Shown piece after piece: positions 47,300-56,943 of a DNA stretch of 64,000 bases (positions within the stretch are counted from its first letter, which is position 1; each line of letters begins with the position of its first letter). The stretch spans positions 43,677 through 107,676 of the forward strand of contig JAFRQK010000038.1 in assembly GCA_017428635.1 (NCBI GenBank), in the 5' to 3' direction. The position numbers and the translations under genes are program-made. The DNA is from Clostridia bacterium. Its GTDB lineage: Bacteria; Bacillota; Clostridia; Oscillospirales; CAG-272. Under the pieces are notes generated by a model. That model did not search any database. It worked only from the letters and a program-made list of their open reading frames with translations, and was not told where the DNA came from.

Positions 47300-48325
47300 T
47301 CAAATATCGGTAGGAGTCTTCCAAACGCCCGGAACCCAAATATCTTTGAACAGATCGATGGCATAACGGTCCGTCATACCGGAAATAAAGTCGGCAACGC
47401 ACCGCTCTACGCCTTCGCTGTCTATCATACGGCGGTATAATTCGGGCATTTTCTCGGGATGTTTTACGAAAAACTCGAAAAGACGTATAAGCATCTCTTT
47501 CGCTTTGATCTCTTCGCCTTTCGCTTTGGGATTGAAATAAACGTTTTCAAAAAGAAAACCTCGAAGATCTTCGGAAGCTTTTTCTATCTCAGGCGTCATT
47601 GAAATTTCGTTCTTTCCGAAACTCGCCTCAACGACGGACTGTACCATAGTGTTGATCCTCGCGCTCTGAGAATTGCCCAGAACGTCTCTCAGTTGAATCG
47701 GGATATCGTTTTCTGAAATGATCCCGGCTCTCAAAGCATCATCTATGTCGTGATTTACGTATGCGATGCGGTCTGCGAATTTAACTATTACGCCTTCAAG
47801 CGTCGATGCCATGGAATCGCCTGTATGATTGACGATCCCGTCTCTCACTTCATACGTGAGATTTAACCCTTCACCGTTTTTTTCAAGTTTTTCCACCACC
47901 CGTAAACTCTGTTTATAATGGGTGAAATCGGGCGAAAAACACTCCCTCAAAGCGCTTTCCCCGGCATGACCGAAAGGAGTGTGCCCCAAATCGTGTCCGA
48001 GTGCGGCTGCTTCACAAAGATCTTCATTCAATAGCAACGCCCTGGAAATAATACGCGCGATCTGAGTAACTTCAAGGGTATGTGAGAGACGAGTCCTGTA
48101 GTGTTCGTCGACGGGAAATAAGAAAACCTGAGTTTTATGCATCAGACGACGGAACGATTTGCAGTGAATAATTCGATCTCTGTCACGCTGAAATTCGGTC
48201 CTGATATTGCAAGGCTCGAGATATCGTTCTCTTCCCTTTGAATTTTCGGTTAAAAAAGCGAACTCCGAGAGGGATTCTCGTTCTCTTCTGTAGAATACCT
48301 CTCGGAGACATGCTGCACCGTTCAT
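47300..48325 (-). CDS. dgt: dGTP triphosphohydrolase-like HD-domain protein
   Basis: RTRLSHTLEVTQIAR and HDLGHTPFGH HD motifs, ~340 aa. dgt-dnaG-rpoD order is common in Firmicutes. Confidence 0.88.
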   Translation of the reverse strand: MNGAACLREVFYRRERESLSEFAFLTENSKGRERYLEPCNIRTEFQRDRDRIIHCKSFRRLMHKTQVFLFPVDEHYRTRLSHTLEVTQIARIISRALLLNEDLCEAAALGHDLGHTPFGHAGESALRECFSPDFTHYKQSLRVVEKLEKNGEGLNLTYEVRDGIVNHTGDSMASTLEGVIVKFADRIAYVNHDIDDALRAGIISENDIPIQLRDVLGNSQSARINTMVQSVVEASFGKNEISMTPEIEKASEDLRGFLFENVYFNPKAKGEEIKAKEMLIRLFEFFVKHPEKMPELYRRMIDSEGVERCVADFISGMTDRYAIDLFKDIWVPGVWKTPTDI

Positions 48326-48424
48326 TTTTTACCCCGTTATTGTAAATTTCATCAATAATATACGCAGAAATTTGTCGATTTCTTTTTTTGAGGGGTAATA
48401 TGCGTATAATTGGAATTATACTCG

Positions 48425-49075
48425 TTACAGCGGAGTGGGTCGTTCTTCTTTTGCGATAACGATTACTTCTGATGACCCTGAAGTCAGATCCTTAATTTCG
48501 GAACATAGTCGGGAGCAAGAAACTTCCGGGACCGCTATCTTCAGCGTTACGTTTTGACCGAATGTTCTGTCTTCGATCAAAGCGCCTGACAGTTCGATGG
48601 TGTTGGCGATTTTTTGATACTCCGAATAACCGAGATCGGTCGATACGATCGTGTAAGGCTCATATTTAACGCGACTGCATGATTCTATCGCAGAACGTGC
48701 GGAAGCTGAATACGCTCTGACGAGACCTCCCGCGCCGAGAAGAATTCCGCCGAAATACCTGGTAACTACTACGCATATATCCGTTAGGCCGGACATCTTA
48801 AGAACATTAAGAACGGGCAGCCCCGCAGTACCTTGCGGCTCTCCGTCGTCGGAATATCTCGCGTACGTACCGTGGTCGATGTAATAAGCAAAAACGTTGT
48901 GAGTTGCGTCGGAAAAACGCGCTTTGATTCTTTCTATATGATCTTTCGCTTCACTTTCGTTTTTGGCCGGAGCAAGATTGGCGATAAACTTTGACTTCTT
49001 CTCTACGGTTTCCGTCTCTACCGGGGTTTGGATCGTGATTTTCAGGTTGACGTTTTCTCCGTTAACTTTACTCAC
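48425..49075 (-). CDS. yigZ: YigZ / IMPACT-family protein (UPF0029)
   Basis: KSKFIANLAP...ATHNVFAY...DDGEPQGTAG is typical of the YigZ N-terminal domain. GTG start 6 nt after GAGGT. Confidence 0.8.
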   Translation of the reverse strand: MSKVNGENVNLKITIQTPVETETVEKKSKFIANLAPAKNESEAKDHIERIKARFSDATHNVFAYYIDHGTYARYSDDGEPQGTAGLPVLNVLKMSGLTDICVVVTRYFGGILLGAGGLVRAYSASARSAIESCSRVKYEPYTIVSTDLGYSEYQKIANTIELSGALIEDRTFGQNVTLKIAVPEVSCSRLCSEIKDLTSGSSEVIVIAKEERPTPL

Positions 49076-49086
49076 TTTGAGACCTC

Positions 49087-50394
49087 TTACTCTTCGATAA
49101 TATAAGGCGTAAGCCTTCCGTACAGTTTTTCATCGACTACCGCGGTGCAAATAACTTCGTTTTCTCTGTAATCTGTCGATACCGAATCGGCTTCCCGATA
49201 AATGAGATTCATTATCGCACCGTCAGATTGCGAAAGTCTGCAAGTGATCTTTCTCTTACCCGCATTCACGAGTTTTCCGAGTTTATCTACAAGTTCTTCA
49301 ATCCCGTATCCTGTAAGTGCAGAGATAAATACGCACTGTTCGTCTCCCTGTCCGAATCTTTTGAGAGTTTCGATCTTGTCACGATCAGCTTTATCAGACT
49401 TATTAAAGACGAATAGTTTCGGTTTATTTCCCGCCCCGAGTTCACGTAGCGTTTCAAGCGTTATGTCAAGCTTCATTTCGCATTCCGGATCGGAGACGTC
49501 CGAGACGATCAAAAGAACGTCCGAATAAAACGCCTCGTCAAGTGTGGAACGGAAAGCGTCTACAAGGTGGTGAGGAAGCTTATTGATAAAACCGACGGTG
49601 TCGGTCAGGAGAATATCCGTTCCTTCGGGAAGAGAGAATTTTCTTGTCGTTGTATCGAGAGTCGCAAATAATTTGTCTTCGGCAAGAATCCCTGCGGACG
49701 TCAGACAGTTCAAAAGCGTAGATTTACCTGCGTTTGTGTATCCGACTATTCCGACCTTTTTCATTCCGGCTCTGTCGCGAGCGTTTCTGGTGACTTCGCG
49801 CCTTTCGGCAAGTTTTGCTATTTTATCTTCTAAATTTGCCGTTCTTTCCCGTATTCGTCTTTTGTCTAATTCGAGTTTGGTTTCGCCGGGCCCTCTTGAG
49901 CCGATGGAACCGGCCGCTGATCCTCCGAGACGCGACATTGATTTTCCCTTTCCGCGAATACGCGGAGCGGTATACTTCAATTGAGCCAGTTCGACCTGGA
50001 GTCTGCCTTCTGCCGTCTTTGCATGAAGTGCAAATATATCAAGGATCAACATACTTCGGTCTATCACGTCCACATCCCCGCCCAATGCCTCTTCTATGTC
50101 TCTTATCTGCGACGGAGACAGTTCCGCATCAAAAATAACGAAATCAATTTTTTCGTTTTCACAAAGTAATTTCAACTCTTCGATCTTTCCCTTGCCGAAC
50201 ACCGTTTTTTTATCAGGCAGATCTCTTGATTGCGTTACTCTGAACGATGCTTCTCCCCCTGCGGTAGAAAGGAGAGCTTCAAGTTCGTCAAGAGATGATG
50301 AAGCGGCAATTTCCGATCCTTGTGGAAAAACTCCGCATAAAACGGCTCGTCTTGTTTCGCCGTATTCTTTTACTATATTTTTGTTTTCTTCCAT
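49087..50394 (-). CDS. hflX: GTPase HflX
   Basis: HflX N-domain plus G domain VGYTNAGKSTLLN...DTVGF...NKSD. Start ATG 50394. GTG 50406 overlaps its own GGAGG. Confidence 0.92.
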   Translation of the reverse strand: MEENKNIVKEYGETRRAVLCGVFPQGSEIAASSSLDELEALLSTAGGEASFRVTQSRDLPDKKTVFGKGKIEELKLLCENEKIDFVIFDAELSPSQIRDIEEALGGDVDVIDRSMLILDIFALHAKTAEGRLQVELAQLKYTAPRIRGKGKSMSRLGGSAAGSIGSRGPGETKLELDKRRIRERTANLEDKIAKLAERREVTRNARDRAGMKKVGIVGYTNAGKSTLLNCLTSAGILAEDKLFATLDTTTRKFSLPEGTDILLTDTVGFINKLPHHLVDAFRSTLDEAFYSDVLLIVSDVSDPECEMKLDITLETLRELGAGNKPKLFVFNKSDKADRDKIETLKRFGQGDEQCVFISALTGYGIEELVDKLGKLVNAGKRKITCRLSQSDGAIMNLIYREADSVSTDYRENEVICTAVVDEKLYGRLTPYIIEE

Positions 50395-50411
50395 AAAAGT
50401 AAACACCTCCC

Positions 50412-50470
50412 GAAAAAAGATAAGTCGGACGGGAACAGGGGCAAAACCACGCCCGCAAGTCCCGTCCGAC
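50412..50470 (-). terminator. intrinsic terminator after rpmE
   Basis: Minus strand: GTCGGACGGGA ... TCCCGTCCGAC, an 11-bp stem with an inner GGGC/GCCC helix, followed by TTATCTTTTTT. Lies immediately upstream of the hflX RBS. Confidence 0.7.
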
Positions 50471-50507
50471 AGTATCCCAAACGGATATTTTACGGAAGAC
50501 CCGACAG

Positions 50508-50726
50508 TTATTTACCGCTTCTCTCAAGGCGCTTTTTGAACTTGTCAACACGCCCGCCGGAATCGACAAACTTCTGCTTACCGGTAAAGAAAGGATGACA
50601 TTTGGAACAAATATCGACCTTTATCTCGTTACCGCCTTCAAGCTTGGTTGAACGGGTCTTTACAGTTTCGCCGCAGGCGCAGCGTATCGTAACTTCCTCA
50701 TACTTGGGATGGATTCCAGTCTTCAT
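50508..50726 (-). CDS. rpmE: 50S ribosomal protein L31 (Zn-ribbon type A)
   Basis: MKTGIHPKY...CACGE...[13 protein letters not shown]. Confidence 0.95.
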   Translation of the reverse strand: MKTGIHPKYEEVTIRCACGETVKTRSTKLEGGNEIKVDICSKCHPFFTGKQKFVDSGGRVDKFKKRLERSGK

Positions 50727-50765
50727 CAGTATTCACCTCATTCCTCGGATAATCATGCGAGAGGT

Positions 50766-50794
50766 ATTATAACACATTCTATTTTGATTTGCAA
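50766..50794 (-). promoter_or_regulatory. sigma-A type promoter for rpmE
   Basis: Minus strand: TTGCAA, 17 nt, TGtTATAAT. Confidence 0.7.
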
Positions 50795-50837
50795 GTGTTT
50801 TTTATAATCATTTTTTACTTATATATATACTTTTTCA

Positions 50838-50866
50838 TTGCTTTTATCAGTTTAATATGCTATAAT
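50838..50866 (+). promoter_or_regulatory. sigma-A type promoter for the two-component operon
   Basis: TTGCTT (50838-50843), 17 nt, TATAAT (50861-50866). Gives a ~135-nt leader containing small hairpins. Confidence 0.55.
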
Positions 50867-51007
50867 TTTTATATTACCGGGTTTTTCCGGTCTTCGACAG
50901 TTTCCCGTCACATAAAACACACGTTCGACTTCAAAAACATCACTGAGCTGTGTGACGATCAGACTGCGGTATCTTGATATTATTCCGTGAACTGGAGGGT
51001 GACGGTA

Positions 51008-51697
51008 ATGAGCACTAAAATTCTTGTTGTAGACGATGATCCCAACATTTGTGACCTTTTGAGACTGTATTTTGAAAACGAGGGTTATGAAGTCAAAACG
51101 GCTTCCGACGGAGCCGAAGGCGTCAGTTATTTCAAAATGTACGAACCCGATCTTGTTCTGCTCGATATTATGCTTCCGAAAAAAGACGGATGGCAGGTAT
51201 GCCGGGAGATCAGAGAGGCATCTTCAAAGCCTGTGATAATGATCACTGCAAAGGGCGAGGTATTTGATAAAGTTCTCGGACTCGAGCTCGGCGCCGACGA
51301 CTTTGTCGTCAAGCCGTTCGATATGAAGGAACTTTCCGCACGAATCAAAGCCGTTCTCCGTCGCTATACGGCTCAGGACAACAGGGACGAGGATGAGGTC
51401 ATCAAATTTGAGAATATTGAAATCTCTCTTCAGAAATACGAATTGAAGCTTAACGGCAGACCGGTCGATATTCCTCCTAAGGAACTTGAGCTTCTCTATT
51501 TCCTTGCTTCGAATTTCAACAGAGTATTCACCCGCGACCAGCTTCTTGATAAAGTTTGGGGATTTGATTATCTCGGAGATTCGAGAACCGTTGACGTTCA
51601 CGTAAAAAGACTTCGTGAAAAATTAGAAGGAGTATCCGATAAATGGTCTCTGAAAACCGTATGGGGCGTCGGATATAAGTTCGAGTTGATTCAGTAA
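51008..51697 (+). CDS. OmpR-family response regulator
   Basis: ILVVDDD...D (receiver) and a winged-helix C-terminus (RTVDVHVKRLREKL...VWGVGYKF). ATG 51008 lies 8 nt after GGAGGG. Confidence 0.93.
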   Translation: MSTKILVVDDDPNICDLLRLYFENEGYEVKTASDGAEGVSYFKMYEPDLVLLDIMLPKKDGWQVCREIREASSKPVIMITAKGEVFDKVLGLELGADDFVVKPFDMKELSARIKAVLRRYTAQDNRDEDEVIKFENIEISLQKYELKLNGRPVDIPPKELELLYFLASNFNRVFTRDQLLDKVWGFDYLGDSRTVDVHVKRLREKLEGVSDKWSLKTVWGVGYKFELIQ

Positions 51698-51777
51698 ATT
51701 ATTACGGCTTTTTAATTGAATTTTAAGGACCGGCGCGAACTGTTTCGTTCCGGTCCCGATTTATCCGGGAGTCAGTT

Positions 51778-53283
51778 TTGTTTAAAAGTGTTTTCTTAAA
51801 ATATATAACCGCGTTTATATTGATAAACCTCGGTTCGTTTTTGATAATGTCGTCTGTTATCACTTCCCTTGTGAACGGTTACAGTACGAACGTAAAGATC
51901 AACGTTCTTACTAACGTTACATCGCTATTCGCCGAACACGTAAAGATTGGCGTGGCGGAGAAATCGAAGTCCGTTTCTTTTGAGAATTATGTGTCCGTTC
52001 ACAAGGATGAACTTGACAATTTTATCGATACGATCAACGTTAATACTTATTCTTTCAGCGTTGTTATAGCTGACAAGAACGGTAAGATCCTTTTATCCGG
52101 CGGACGGTCTGAAGAAGAAGAACCTTTCTACGGGAACAGTAATGACGCAGTTTCAATTATAGATCCCGAATTGTTTCAAGCTGCTCGGGACGATGACAAT
52201 AACAAAATCGTTTCCGATTTGAACGGCAGGTTAAAAACAAAATATATATTTTGTTCAAGTAAAATAACGCCTCTCGGGGGCGAGACGGAAGGTTATATCG
52301 TTGCCTGCACCAGTAATACCGGACTGAACAATCTTCTTCAAACTCTTCTTAAAACAATAATTATGTCTACTTTGTGGATCATGCTCGCGCTTCTTGTTGT
52401 GGTGTATTTCATAACGGAAAGACTTGTTTCTCCCATAAGAGAAATGAGTCGCGCCGCAAAGGAGTACGCATCGGGTCGGTTTGACGCCAGAGTTACCGTT
52501 AAAGGAAACGATGAGATCGCGGAGCTCGGAACTGCGTTCAATAATATGGCTGCTTCTCTTTCTTCACATGAAGAAACCAGGAGGCTCTTTCTGGCAAACG
52601 TTTCCCATGATCTGAGAACTCCTATGACTACGATCTCCGGTTTTATTGACGGAATGCTTGACGGTGCTATTCCCGTGGATCAAAGAGATTATTATCTCGG
52701 TGTCGTCGCCTCTGAAACGAGAAGGCTTTCCCGCTTGGTCTCTTCCCTTTTGAGCATTACTCAGATCCAGGCAGGAGAAAGAAAATTCGTAAAAAAATCG
52801 TTCGACGTATGCGAGACTTGCCGCGAGATCATCATTTCTTCCGAACAACGTATCAACGACAGAGATCTTTCAGTTTTGCTCGATTGCGAATCGGACAATA
52901 TGTACGTATTGGCAGATAAAGACGCCGTACATCAGATCATCTATAATCTGGTCGATAACGCGATTAAATATTCGACCAAAGGAACTGAGTTTGTCATCTC
53001 GGTAAAAGAAGACGATAATAAGATACTGGTCAGTGTTTTCAATTACGGAGAAGGGCTTTCAGAAGAGGATCTGCCGCACGTTTTCGAGCGCTTTTATAAA
53101 GCGGATAAGAGTCGCGGAATTGATAAGTCAGGCTCCGGACTGGGTTTATATATTGCAAAAACGATCTGTGAAGCGCACGGAGAAAAAATATATGCGGAGA
53201 GCCTTCAGGGTTCGTGGTGCAAATTCTCATTTACACTGCAAAAAGGATCCAAGCCGAGGAAAAAGGCAACGGATCAACGTTGA
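51778..53283 (+). CDS. sensor histidine kinase (2 TM, HAMP, HisKA, HATPase_c)
   Basis: H-box SHDLRTPMTTISGF, N-box DNAIKYS, G-box GSGLGLYIAK. TTG start 6 nt after GGGAG. Confidence 0.9.
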   Translation: MFKSVFLKYITAFILINLGSFLIMSSVITSLVNGYSTNVKINVLTNVTSLFAEHVKIGVAEKSKSVSFENYVSVHKDELDNFIDTINVNTYSFSVVIADKNGKILLSGGRSEEEEPFYGNSNDAVSIIDPELFQAARDDDNNKIVSDLNGRLKTKYIFCSSKITPLGGETEGYIVACTSNTGLNNLLQTLLKTIIMSTLWIMLALLVVVYFITERLVSPIREMSRAAKEYASGRFDARVTVKGNDEIAELGTAFNNMAASLSSHEETRRLFLANVSHDLRTPMTTISGFIDGMLDGAIPVDQRDYYLGVVASETRRLSRLVSSLLSITQIQAGERKFVKKSFDVCETCREIIISSEQRINDRDLSVLLDCESDNMYVLADKDAVHQIIYNLVDNAIKYSTKGTEFVISVKEDDNKILVSVFNYGEGLSEEDLPHVFERFYKADKSRGIDKSGSGLGLYIAKTICEAHGEKIYAESLQGSWCKFSFTLQKGSKPRKKATDQR

Positions 53284-53293
53284 GGTCATTTCA

Positions 53294-53323
53294 GAATAAA
53301 TATCTTTTCCCGGCTGAATACTA
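53294..53323 (+). promoter_or_regulatory. candidate forespore (sigma-G/F-like) promoter for the GerA-family gene
   Basis: GAATA (53294-53298), 18 nt, AATACTA (53317-53323), compared with the remembered consensus GnATR-18-CATnnTA. Overlaps a hairpin (53312-53340) that could terminate the HK transcript. Confidence 0.3.
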
Positions 53324-53353
53324 TTTCAGGTATTTCAGCCGGGAGATTATTTT

Positions 53354-54772
53354 GTGGATTTATCTTTTACTCAAGATTTTGAGCGTGACGTTCATACAAT
53401 AGACGGTTTATTAAGAATAAATGAATCATACGATTTGAAAAAAAGAGAAATAAAAACCGGCGGTACACGCGCTGTGATATATTATGCCGAGGGATTCCAG
53501 GACAATCGTTTGATGACGGATTTTATATCTGACCTCCAAAACGGGAAGAATATCGGGGACGGTAGGCCCGGTGCTGCGCAGCGCTTTATATGCAAATCGA
53601 CCGTAATTGCGGAATCATCCTCTGTTTATTGTTTTGATGATATCGTTTTGAACGTACTTTCGGGGAAAACGGTTGTGGTTTCTGAGGGCTTTCCGAAAGA
53701 AGCCGTAGTCGTAGACGTTAGAAAATATCCCGTTAGGACCACTTCAGAACCTGAAAACGACAGGGTCATGAGAGGCGCGAGAGACGGTTTTGTTGAAGCT
53801 GTTATGTTGAACGTTACTCTTATCAGAAGAAGGATAAGAGACCCGGGTCTTACGGTTTCATATCATTGTGTTGGCAATAGATCCAAGACGGATCTCGCCG
53901 TCATATATCTCGACGGAAAAGCTGATCCGGAATACGTAAGGAAAATAGTAAATAAAATTAACAGTATAGAAACTGACTCGCTTACGCTTGGCCATCAGAG
54001 TTTAACAGAAACGCTTATACGGAAAAAATGGTATAACCCTTTTCCGAAGATAAGGGCCACCGAAAGGCCGGACGCAGCATCAGCATCGATACTCGAAGGC
54101 AGTATAGTTATTCTATGCGATAACAGTCCCGAAGCTTTGATCCTGCCGACGTCGGTATTTGATTTTCTTCAGGTTACTGACGATTATTATTTTCCGCCTC
54201 TTACAGGGAGTTATCTCAGAGTGCTCCGGCACGTTATCTTTATTCTGACCGTTTATCTTATCCCAGTATGGTATCTTTTGTTGCGTCATTACGATATTGT
54301 TCCGGAATGGTTATTGTTTGTGATTCCCTCGAAGCCGGGAAATCTTCCGATTCTGCTGCAGATTATTCTTGTCGAATTTGCGATCGACGGATTGAAACTT
54401 GCTTCTTTGAATACTCCCGATATGCTGTCCGGATCCCTTTCGATAGTCGGAGGTCTTCTCCTCGGAGACTTTGCAGTTCAGGTGGGCTGGCTTTCACCGG
54501 ATGTGATCCTTTATATGGCTTTTGTAGCGATCGCTAACTTCACACAAACAAGTTTTGAGTTGGGATATGCATTCAAGTATCTGAGGATGCTAACTCTTAT
54601 ATTGACAGTATTATTCGATGTTTGGGGTTTCGTGATCGCTCTTTTACTGACGATCATCCTTCTGGCTCTGAATAATACCGATGCCAGCGGAAGAGGGTAT
54701 CTGTATCCGATAATACCTCCCGGAAAACGTTCTTTTTTGAGGTTGATGTTCAGAATGAAAAAAGACGACTGA
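53354..54772 (+). CDS. GerA-family spore germination protein (A-subunit / SpoVAF-like)
   Basis: Soluble N-domain plus a 5-TM C-terminal domain typical of GerAA/SpoVAF (ENDRVMRGARDGFVE...LIRRRIRDP). GTG start 8 nt after GGGAG. No GerB/GerC-type genes adjacent. Confidence 0.8.
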   Translation: MDLSFTQDFERDVHTIDGLLRINESYDLKKREIKTGGTRAVIYYAEGFQDNRLMTDFISDLQNGKNIGDGRPGAAQRFICKSTVIAESSSVYCFDDIVLNVLSGKTVVVSEGFPKEAVVVDVRKYPVRTTSEPENDRVMRGARDGFVEAVMLNVTLIRRRIRDPGLTVSYHCVGNRSKTDLAVIYLDGKADPEYVRKIVNKINSIETDSLTLGHQSLTETLIRKKWYNPFPKIRATERPDAASASILEGSIVILCDNSPEALILPTSVFDFLQVTDDYYFPPLTGSYLRVLRHVIFILTVYLIPVWYLLLRHYDIVPEWLLFVIPSKPGNLPILLQIILVEFAIDGLKLASLNTPDMLSGSLSIVGGLLLGDFAVQVGWLSPDVILYMAFVAIANFTQTSFELGYAFKYLRMLTLILTVLFDVWGFVIALLLTIILLALNNTDASGRGYLYPIIPPGKRSFLRLMFRMKKDD

Positions 54773-54798
54773 AAAAGGACCGCTTACGCGGTCCTTTG
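54773..54798. terminator. bidirectional intrinsic terminator
   Basis: AAAAAGGACCGC-TTAC-GCGGTCCTTT. Confidence 0.8.
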
Positions 54799-54802
54799 AT
54801 CA

Positions 54803-55810
54803 TCATCTGTCTTCCCGGAAATATGAGAGGCCGAGATGAGACGGCGGTTGATACTCTCTCTTTTTTCTTGCGCTTGTTATGATCAGGACTATGATCGTAA
54901 CTATATACGGTATCATCTTGAAAAGTTTATCGTAACCCTGAGGAAATTTAATGTTAAGACCGAGCGCAGGAATGAGATCGTACAGATTAAGAAGAAGTCC
55001 GAACAGTATCGCTCCGACTACGGCCATGTGCGGTTTCCAGATTGCGAAGATAACCAGAGCAATGGCGATCCAGCCGAGCGGTTCAATAGTATCGTTGGAC
55101 CAGCCGTTTTTATCGATACAGTAGAAGAATCCGCCGAGACCGGCGATCATGCTTCCGATACAGGTTGCAAAGTATTTATATTTGTTTACGTTGATACCCG
55201 CAGCGTCAGCGGTTGCCGGATTCTCTCCCACAGCTCTGAGATGAAGTCCGAGACGGGTCCTGAAGAGAATAAAAGATGCGATGAACGCAATAATGAGACC
55301 AAGGTAAACAAGGAATCTGTAAGACAGGAAGATCTCACCGAACCATCCGAGTTTTGAAGCGAACGGAAGAGTCGCTTTGAAAAGCTTGCTCGTAGCGTCG
55401 ATTCTTACAGAAGGGATATCTACGTGCGTGATCTTGATTATCGAAGCGCCGAAGAAGTTGCCGATCCCTATTCCGAACGTAGTGAGCGCAAGACCTGTAA
55501 CGTTTTGATTGGCCCGAAGGGTAACGGTCAGGAAACAATATATCAGTCCCATGACAAGTGATCCCAAAAGACATGCGAGCATCGGTAAAAGGATCGTCAG
55601 GATCGGATTCATTTCGGGAACCTGTCCGTAGAAGAACGCAGCGATAACGCCGCTGATCCCGCCGACAGCCATTACGCCCGGTATGCCGAGATTGAGGTGA
55701 CCGGATTTTTCGGTCAGTATCTCTCCTGTCGCGCCGAAAAGGACGGGCATACCGTTGTTGATAGAACTGGTAAGTACATAAACGAACTTGGAAAGAAACG
55801 CTTCAAACAT
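54803..55810 (-). CDS. ABC transporter permease (BMP/nucleoside system, NupQ-like)
   Basis: Polytopic membrane protein. 1-nt overlap with the upstream permease gene. Last gene of the BMP-type operon. Confidence 0.85.
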   Translation of the reverse strand: MFEAFLSKFVYVLTSSINNGMPVLFGATGEILTEKSGHLNLGIPGVMAVGGISGVIAAFFYGQVPEMNPILTILLPMLACLLGSLVMGLIYCFLTVTLRANQNVTGLALTTFGIGIGNFFGASIIKITHVDIPSVRIDATSKLFKATLPFASKLGWFGEIFLSYRFLVYLGLIIAFIASFILFRTRLGLHLRAVGENPATADAAGINVNKYKYFATCIGSMIAGLGGFFYCIDKNGWSNDTIEPLGWIAIALVIFAIWKPHMAVVGAILFGLLLNLYDLIPALGLNIKFPQGYDKLFKMIPYIVTIIVLIITSARKKREYQPPSHLGLSYFREDR

Positions 55811-56943
55811 TAAGACGCACCTCCCTTCTTTTTACGGAATACGATCTTATAGTTGATAAAGAACTCGCAGCCGATTATGAACAGTATTATGATACCCGTA
55901 ACAATGTTCGCAAAGTTGTCGTCAAGATTAAGTGAAGGAGACGATGCGACCTGGATAGCTCCCTTTTCGAGAAAGACGATCAAAAACGAGGTAAGCGCCA
56001 TATAAAGAGGATTAAAGTGAGCCATCCATGAAACAATGATCGCGGTAAATCCCCTTCCCCCTTCTATATCTGTCGTAAGAGTGTGATGAACTCCTCCGAC
56101 AAGAATCAAACCAGCGAGACCGCAAATTGCGCCTGATATTATAACAGTCCTGATGATGACCTTTTTAACGTTGATACCGATGTATCTTGCGGTTTTCTCG
56201 CTTTCACCGACGACTGATATTTCATATCCGTGCTTACTGTATTTCAGATAAACGAAGACGATCAGCATCATTACGAAGACGATGAGCACGTTCAGCAGAA
56301 ACGTTCTGCCGACAAATCCGTTACCTCCGATTTCGGGGAACCATCCTTCGTGTGTTTTTCTGTTTATGATACCTATGACGTTATTACCTGAGTTTTTGCT
56401 CCATCTGAAAGTAAGAAAAGCGGCAAAGTTAAGGGCTATGTAATTCATCATCAGAGTGAAGAGCGTTTCATTGGTCTTTAAATAAGCTTTAAAAAGACCG
56501 GGGATCAAAGCCCAAATGCCTCCCGCGATCAATGCTGCGGGGATCATGATCAGATATATGGCAAAATCGGGAACTTTCCCGGGAAGGAATTTCATACATG
56601 CGGTTGCTGCAATGGCCCCCATAATTATCTGCCCCTGACCGCCGATGTTCCAGAATCTCATCTTGAATGAGAGAGTAAGAGCAAGTCCGACGATCAGAAG
56701 CAATGCAGTATCCTGAAGAAGGTTCCAGATACGCAGTTCGTTCCCTACCGCGCCGTCAACCATTGCTTTATACATTTCGATGGGATTCTGTCCGGTGATA
56801 AGCAACGTTATCAAAGCAACGACTATAAGAGCAATAAGGACTGCCGCAACGCGGATAAGTGCGGATTTCCACCAAACGATCGATCCGCGTTTGATGATAT
56901 GAAACAGAGGATCTCTGACTTTTTTCTCTTTATCTGCCGTCAT
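55810..56943 (-). CDS. ABC transporter permease (BMP/nucleoside system, NupP-like)
   Basis: Polytopic membrane protein. 4-nt overlap with the ATPase gene. Confidence 0.85.
   Translation of the reverse strand: MTADKEKKVRDPLFHIIKRGSIVWWKSALIRVAAVLIALIVVALITLLITGQNPIEMYKAMVDGAVGNELRIWNLLQDTALLLIVGLALTLSFKMRFWNIGGQGQIIMGAIAATACMKFLPGKVPDFAIYLIMIPAALIAGGIWALIPGLFKAYLKTNETLFTLMMNYIALNFAAFLTFRWSKNSGNNVIGIINRKTHEGWFPEIGGNGFVGRTFLLNVLIVFVMMLIVFVYLKYSKHGYEISVVGESEKTARYIGINVKKVIIRTVIISGAICGLAGLILVGGVHHTLTTDIEGGRGFTAIIVSWMAHFNPLYMALTSFLIVFLEKGAIQVASSPSLNLDDNFANIVTGIIILFIIGCEFFINYKIVFRKKKGGAS

Noticed and set aside
50789-50977. 62-aa ORF in the rpmE/response-regulator intergenic region
   Set aside because: The translation is extremely A+T-rich and F/I/Y-rich. 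It spans two promoters and has no RBS. The region is better explained as divergent promoter DNA plus a 5' leader.
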